Source: Candidatus Dadabacteria bacterium (GTDB lineage: Bacteria > Desulfobacterota_D > UBA1144 > Nemesobacterales > UBA2774). Taken from it: DNA of 38,977 nt. The DNA is taken from assembly GCA_004356555.1 (NCBI GenBank), contig SMWY01000091.1, positions 1 through 38,977 of the forward strand. The letters run 5' to 3'. The notes beneath the pieces were generated by a model. That model was not told where the DNA came from. It saw only the letters and a program-made list of their open reading frames with translations, and did no database searches. The position numbers and the translations under genes were made by a program. Positions 37,815 to 38,977 of this stretch are shown here, in pieces. The first letter of the stretch is position 1; each line of letters starts with the position of its first letter.

Positions 37815-37991
37815 TTTGATCCTGATTTAAGCTCGACAAATTTAATTCTCGAATAAAAATTATCAGTTTAGAAAGAACGATATGATACCTAACTTTTGTT
37901 CATAAGCCCAAAGTAATTACATAAAACAAAATCTTATTCCTTTATCTCAATTGGATTAGGCTATGGATCACAAGTTATAATTAATCATCAA

Positions 37992-38977
37992 ATGACGGAA
38001 ATTCACAAGGACTCTCTTTACCTCGATCTGAAAGATTCGCTGGAGAATAAATTAAGCGGTGAAGTGCGTTTCGACAAGATAAGTAAAATATTATATAGCA
38101 CCGATGCGAGTAATTATCAGATTGAGCCGGTAGGAGTCGTCATACCCAAAAATGTCGAAGACGTTGCTATTACCCTTGAAATCGCGTGCAACTATGGAGT
38201 GGCAATTTTGCCCAGGGGCAGTGGATCGAGTCTCGCAGGTCAGGCAGTAGGCCACGCTCTAATTATCGATCTCTCAAAATACCTGAATGAAATTTTAGAA
38301 GTTAATACAGAGGACCAAACAGTGCGCGTGCAGTCAGGAATATTCCTTGAGCAGCTCAATAGAGAGTTAAAGCACTGTGGGCTAATGTTCGGCCCTGACC
38401 CTGCTTCAGCCAGGATAGCAACAATTGGGGGAATAGTAGGGAATAACGCAACAGGAGCGCATTCTATTCTATACGGAATGGCGGGAGACAATGTAGAAGC
38501 CTGCCAACTATATCTTAATAAGGGAGGGCCCATAGAGCTTAAAGAAATAAGCCCAAAGAATCTATCATCAATAATAAAACAAAGCGGTACTAACAATGAG
38601 CTGCACCGAAAACTAAATGAACTGAAAGAAAAACATTCTGAGACAATTAAAAGTGATTTTCCCCGTCATTGGAGAAGGGCTTCGGGTTACAGCCTTAACT
38701 ATCTCATCGAAAAGCCTTTTAATCCTGCAAAGCTCTTAGCGGGCGCGGAAGGGACTCTGGGTCTGGCCACAGAGTTCACGCTTAAATTAGTCGAAAGACC
38801 ATCCTTTACGGGGCTAGCGATTCTACAGTTCGACAGTATGATCCGGGCTATGGAAGCGGTTCCGGCAATTTTAGAGAGAAACCCTTCGGCAGTAGAGCTT
38901 ATCGATAAAATGCTAATTGAGCTTACAAGGGCAAATCCGTTTTATTCCCAGATGCTAACCTTTATTGACGGAGATCC
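37992..38977 (+). CDS. FAD-linked oxidoreductase, GlcD/D-lactate-dehydrogenase-like, probably fused to an Fe-S domain; truncated by the window end
   Basis: Not in the ORF track. Manual translation from ATG 37992: MTEIHKD...GEVRFD...LYSTDASNYQIEP...LPRGSGSSLAGQAVG...FGPDPAS...IGGIVGNNATGAHS..YG...RRASGYSL...AGAEGTL...AVELID. Confidence 0.9.
   Translation, partial: MTEIHKDSLYLDLKDSLENKLSGEVRFDKISKILYSTDASNYQIEPVGVVIPKNVEDVAITLEIACNYGVAILPRGSGSSLAGQAVGHALIIDLSKYLNEILEVNTEDQTVRVQSGIFLEQLNRELKHCGLMFGPDPASARIATIGGIVGNNATGAHSILYGMAGDNVEACQLYLNKGGPIELKEISPKNLSSIIKQSGTNNELHRKLNELKEKHSETIKSDFPRHWRRASGYSLNYLIEKPFNPAKLLAGAEGTLGLATEFTLKLVERPSFTGLAILQFDSMIRAMEAVPAILERNPSAVELIDKMLIELTRANPFYSQMLTFIDGD

Noticed and set aside
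37963-37980. Mini-ORF MDHKL upstream of the FAD oxidoreductase
   Set aside because: Five codons, no attenuator structure or telling codon content; expected by chance.
38240-38596. 118-aa minus-strand ORF
   Set aside because: Shadow of the plus-strand FAD oxidoreductase, which the track missed because it has no stop within the window.

Overview
A gene-dense, AT-rich (roughly 40% GC by eye) chromosomal window from a diderm bacterium. Gene content suggests a deltaproteobacteria-like lineage such as Ca. Dadabacteria, which is an inference only. Left half, in order: an OMF-MFP-RND efflux operon (RND cut by the window edge), a mosaic ribBA-ribH-nusB-trpD-trpC operon preceded by apbE, a zinc-ribbon/DUF3426 membrane protein, a histone-H1-like basic protein ahead of guaB-guaA, two small hypotheticals, an NDP-sugar epimerase, an F420-type LLM oxidoreductase, an M29-like aminopeptidase, and a vWA/GATase-like membrane protein. 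Right half: coaX, a stand-alone LigD phosphoesterase-like gene, a hairpin-rich intergenic region, a DASS transporter, mce, an AttEFGH-like ABC system, rng-pcm-EVE, hisA-hisF-dgt-mqnA-mqnD-ALDH, cofC and a truncated FAD/(Fe-S) oxidoreductase. I saw no rRNA, tRNA, CRISPR array, transposase, integrase or phage gene. Best leads: (1) an ALDH/cofC/2-hydroxyacid-dehydrogenase neighbourhood that may supply the F420 side-chain precursor; (2) a LigD phosphoesterase homologue that keeps its metal triad but has lost the phosphate-binding residues; (3) a REP-like hairpin with about 90 nt of further structured sequence nested in its loop; (4) an unknown H1-like protein coupled to guaB. Family assignments come from motifs recognised by eye; no searches were run.
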